A stretch of 64,000 nucleotides of DNA from an uncultured cyanobacterium. GTDB lineage: Bacteria; Cyanobacteriota; Cyanobacteriia; Cyanobacteriales; Nostocaceae. Position numbers and translations under genes: made by a program. Within the stretch, counting starts at the first letter, position 1. The number at the start of each line of letters is the position of its first letter. The DNA lies in contig OY970166.1 of the NCBI GenBank assembly GCA_963706595.1, positions 384,001 to 448,000 on the forward strand, read 5' to 3'. Under the pieces are notes generated by a model. The model saw nothing but the letters and a program-made list of their open reading frames with translations. It was not told the DNA's origin and searched no databases. This document shows positions 61,628 through 64,000 of this stretch, in pieces.

Positions 61628-61962
61628 TTCAAATTACAATTTATGTTAGCCTTACACACCTGTTTTAGCTTAACGGGTGACAACATAGCTAGACAGCTTG
61701 TTGAATAATAGATTTTTGAGAAAATTGAGATAAATCAATGTTTTCTTCTTTTCTCTAATGCGCTACTTTAAGCTTGCTACACTACTACTGCACTGACAAG
61801 CCTAAAACAGTGCATAAGCATAAATATTGTGGGGTGGGCTTCTAGCCCGCCCAGAACAGGCAAGATGCCTATTCCACAAGAGAAACATTTTGGATAAAAT
61901 AATAGAACCTCCCGAATTTAATTGGGGAGGTTTTCAAGGTACTTATTTAGATGGCGAAACAA

Positions 61963-62671
61963 TTAAACCTTTGCCAATTCTGGTGCAGGACGCTTACTGT
62001 TACGAATAGATGAAACAGCTTCAGCGTAATCTGGGGCTTTAAATACAGCCTGAACCAGCCACAATCGCATTAGCGCCCGCTTCCAAAACCTGCCAAGTAT
62101 TATTAGCCTTCAGTCCCCCATCCACTTCAATCCAGGGGTCTAAACCGCGTTCATCACACATTTGGCGCAATTGACGAATTTTTGGCAACACACCGGGGAT
62201 AAAGCTTTGACCGCCAAAACCGGGGTTAACGCTCATAATCAGGATTAAATCGCACAATTCTAAAACGTGTTCAATTAGGACTAAAGGAGTACCAGGGTTA
62301 AGCACAACGCCAGCTTGCTTCCCTAGTTCCTTGATTTGTCCCAATGTCCGGTGCAGGTGGGGTGAAGCGTTATGCTCGCAATGTACAGAGATAATATCAG
62401 CACCCGCCTTGGCAAAATCTTCTACATACTTTTCTGGTTCCACAATCATTAAGTGGACATCCAGTAGTTTGGTTGTCACTGGGCGAATCGCCTCCACAAC
62501 CAGAGGACCGATTGTAATGTTAGGTACGAAGCGGCCATCCATTACATCAACATGAATCCAATCTGCTCCTGCGGTATCTACAGCCCGAATCTCGTCGCCT
62601 AGACGACTAAAATCGGCTGATAAGATAGATGGAGAGATCACAATGGGCTTTTGAGATGGTTTTTGGGTCAT
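61963..62671 (-). CDS. rpe: Ribulose-phosphate 3-epimerase; +1 frameshift at ~62049
   Basis: [24 protein letters not shown]; removing one G restores [12 protein letters not shown]...ELAKV*. Confidence 0.93.
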
Positions 62672-62849
62672 GGTTAGTGGGTTTTAAAGCGTTCTCGTCT
62701 GTAAGCATTGTAACAAAATATTGACCAAATGCTGATAACTTTGATCCCGTCCTGTTTAGGCTGCAAGAGAAATACTCCTGAACAGAGAAGCAAAAAAAAT
62801 TATCTTGATAAACAATAAGTAATAACAACTAATTACTACAAACTCAACA

Positions 62850-64000
62850 ATGGGCAAAAAACTAAGCTGGATAGTTTGGGGGTTGAGTGCTTCTTGTTTA
62901 AGTGCGCCTGTATTGGCTTCAGCTTTACAAAGTTCTTTAGGCACTAATGGTATTGATGCTCTGAGATTACACCAACCTCCTTATAATTTACTGGGACGCA
63001 AGATTGCTATTGGTCAGGTGGAAATGGGTCGTCCGGCGATGTTTGGGTGGGATAAAGCCGTATCTAAAAACCGTGCCATATCATTAGCTGCTGTGTTTAT
63101 GCGCGATGGTCCAGCTAAATCCAATACTGGTGTTGACTCCCACGCTTACAATGTTGCTGGTGTGATGGTTAGTCAAGACAAAGCTCTACCAGGAGTTGCG
63201 CCCAAGGCGCGATTGTATTCGTCTGCGGTGGGTTCTACCAAAAATATGGGACAGCCAGAAGAGTGTTTGACGGCACAACACATAGCTTTACAAAATGGTC
63301 ATGATGTCCGTGCGATTAATTTTAGCTTTGGTGAACCTCTGGGTCGTGATCCGCGTCCGAATCCTGTTTTAGACGGTAATGCTTTACTAACTTTATGTCT
63401 TGACTGGTCTAGTCGCGTTCATGATGTTTTGTATGTGATCGCGGGCAACCAAGGTAGGGGAGGTATTCCTATTCCTACAGACAATTATAACGGACTCAAC
63501 GTTGCTTTTTCATCCCCCAGAGGAGGTGTTTTTAATAAAGTTGACGTTGCTAATCTGGCGGCGACTAACCAGGGAGCTACGGCTCGGTTAGCTGGTAAGG
63601 AGTTTAATATTGATGGTCGTCCTTCCATCGGTTTGGTTGCACCGGGAAGTAATATTCCCATGCTGAATCCTGATGGTAAGTTGAATAAGGTGACAGGGAC
63701 AAGTTTTGCGGCTCCTCAAGTGACGGCGACTGTGGCCTTGTTGCAAGAGTTTGGGGACCGACAACTACAGAATCAACCACAAAATTGGAGTATTGATGCT
63801 CGCCGTCATCAAGTGACGAAGGCTGTATTGTTGAATTCCGCCGACAAGCTGCAAGATAGTGGTGATGGCTTGCGCCTGGGAATGACTCGGACGCTGATTG
63901 ATAAACAAAATCAAAACTGGCTGAAATCTGATGCTTATCAAGACCCCCAAATTCCTTTGGATGCTCAAATGGGAACGGGTCATTTAAATGCTTTTCGGGC
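62850..64000 (+). CDS. S8 family serine peptidase (partial, runs off the window end)
   Basis: Manual translation MGKKLSWIVWG..., signal peptide, IAGN, GTSFAAP. Confidence 0.8.
   Translation, partial: MGKKLSWIVWGLSASCLSAPVLASALQSSLGTNGIDALRLHQPPYNLLGRKIAIGQVEMGRPAMFGWDKAVSKNRAISLAAVFMRDGPAKSNTGVDSHAYNVAGVMVSQDKALPGVAPKARLYSSAVGSTKNMGQPEECLTAQHIALQNGHDVRAINFSFGEPLGRDPRPNPVLDGNALLTLCLDWSSRVHDVLYVIAGNQGRGGIPIPTDNYNGLNVAFSSPRGGVFNKVDVANLAATNQGATARLAGKEFNIDGRPSIGLVAPGSNIPMLNPDGKLNKVTGTSFAAPQVTATVALLQEFGDRQLQNQPQNWSIDARRHQVTKAVLLNSADKLQDSGDGLRLGMTRTLIDKQNQNWLKSDAYQDPQIPLDAQMGTGHLNAFR

Overview
A 64 kb window from a cyanobacterium, most likely Nostocales: HIP1 (GCGATCGC) is abundant, and xisH/xisI, chlH, heptamer repeats and MITEs are present. 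Housekeeping genes (chlH, lpxB-like, tex, leuS, uvrB, rpe, tRNA-Val-GAC) alternate with accessory blocks. These are a giant phosphatase/RTX locus (5.9-14.9 kb), a toxin-antitoxin/restriction island (15.2-22.4 kb), a copper-export operon with a MerR-type operator, an ethylene-receptor-like kinase pair, an MmeI-like enzyme and general-stress genes. The strongest unexplained signal lies in the almost ORF-free region at 35.1-36.8 kb: seven co-oriented minus-strand units, each with the same promoter module (mostly GATGAA-N18-TAAATT), a short variable 20-30 nt segment and a related intrinsic terminator. I read this as a candidate array of individually promoted ~50-nt sRNAs directly downstream of the ethylene-binding-domain kinase operon. 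The second signal is a free-standing GIY-YIG endonuclease right behind a tRNA-Val with an atypical 3' half. Three single-base frameshifts (a cytosine MTase, the sensor kinase and rpe) suggest indel errors in the assembly. All calls come from reading the sequence by eye; no database searches were run.
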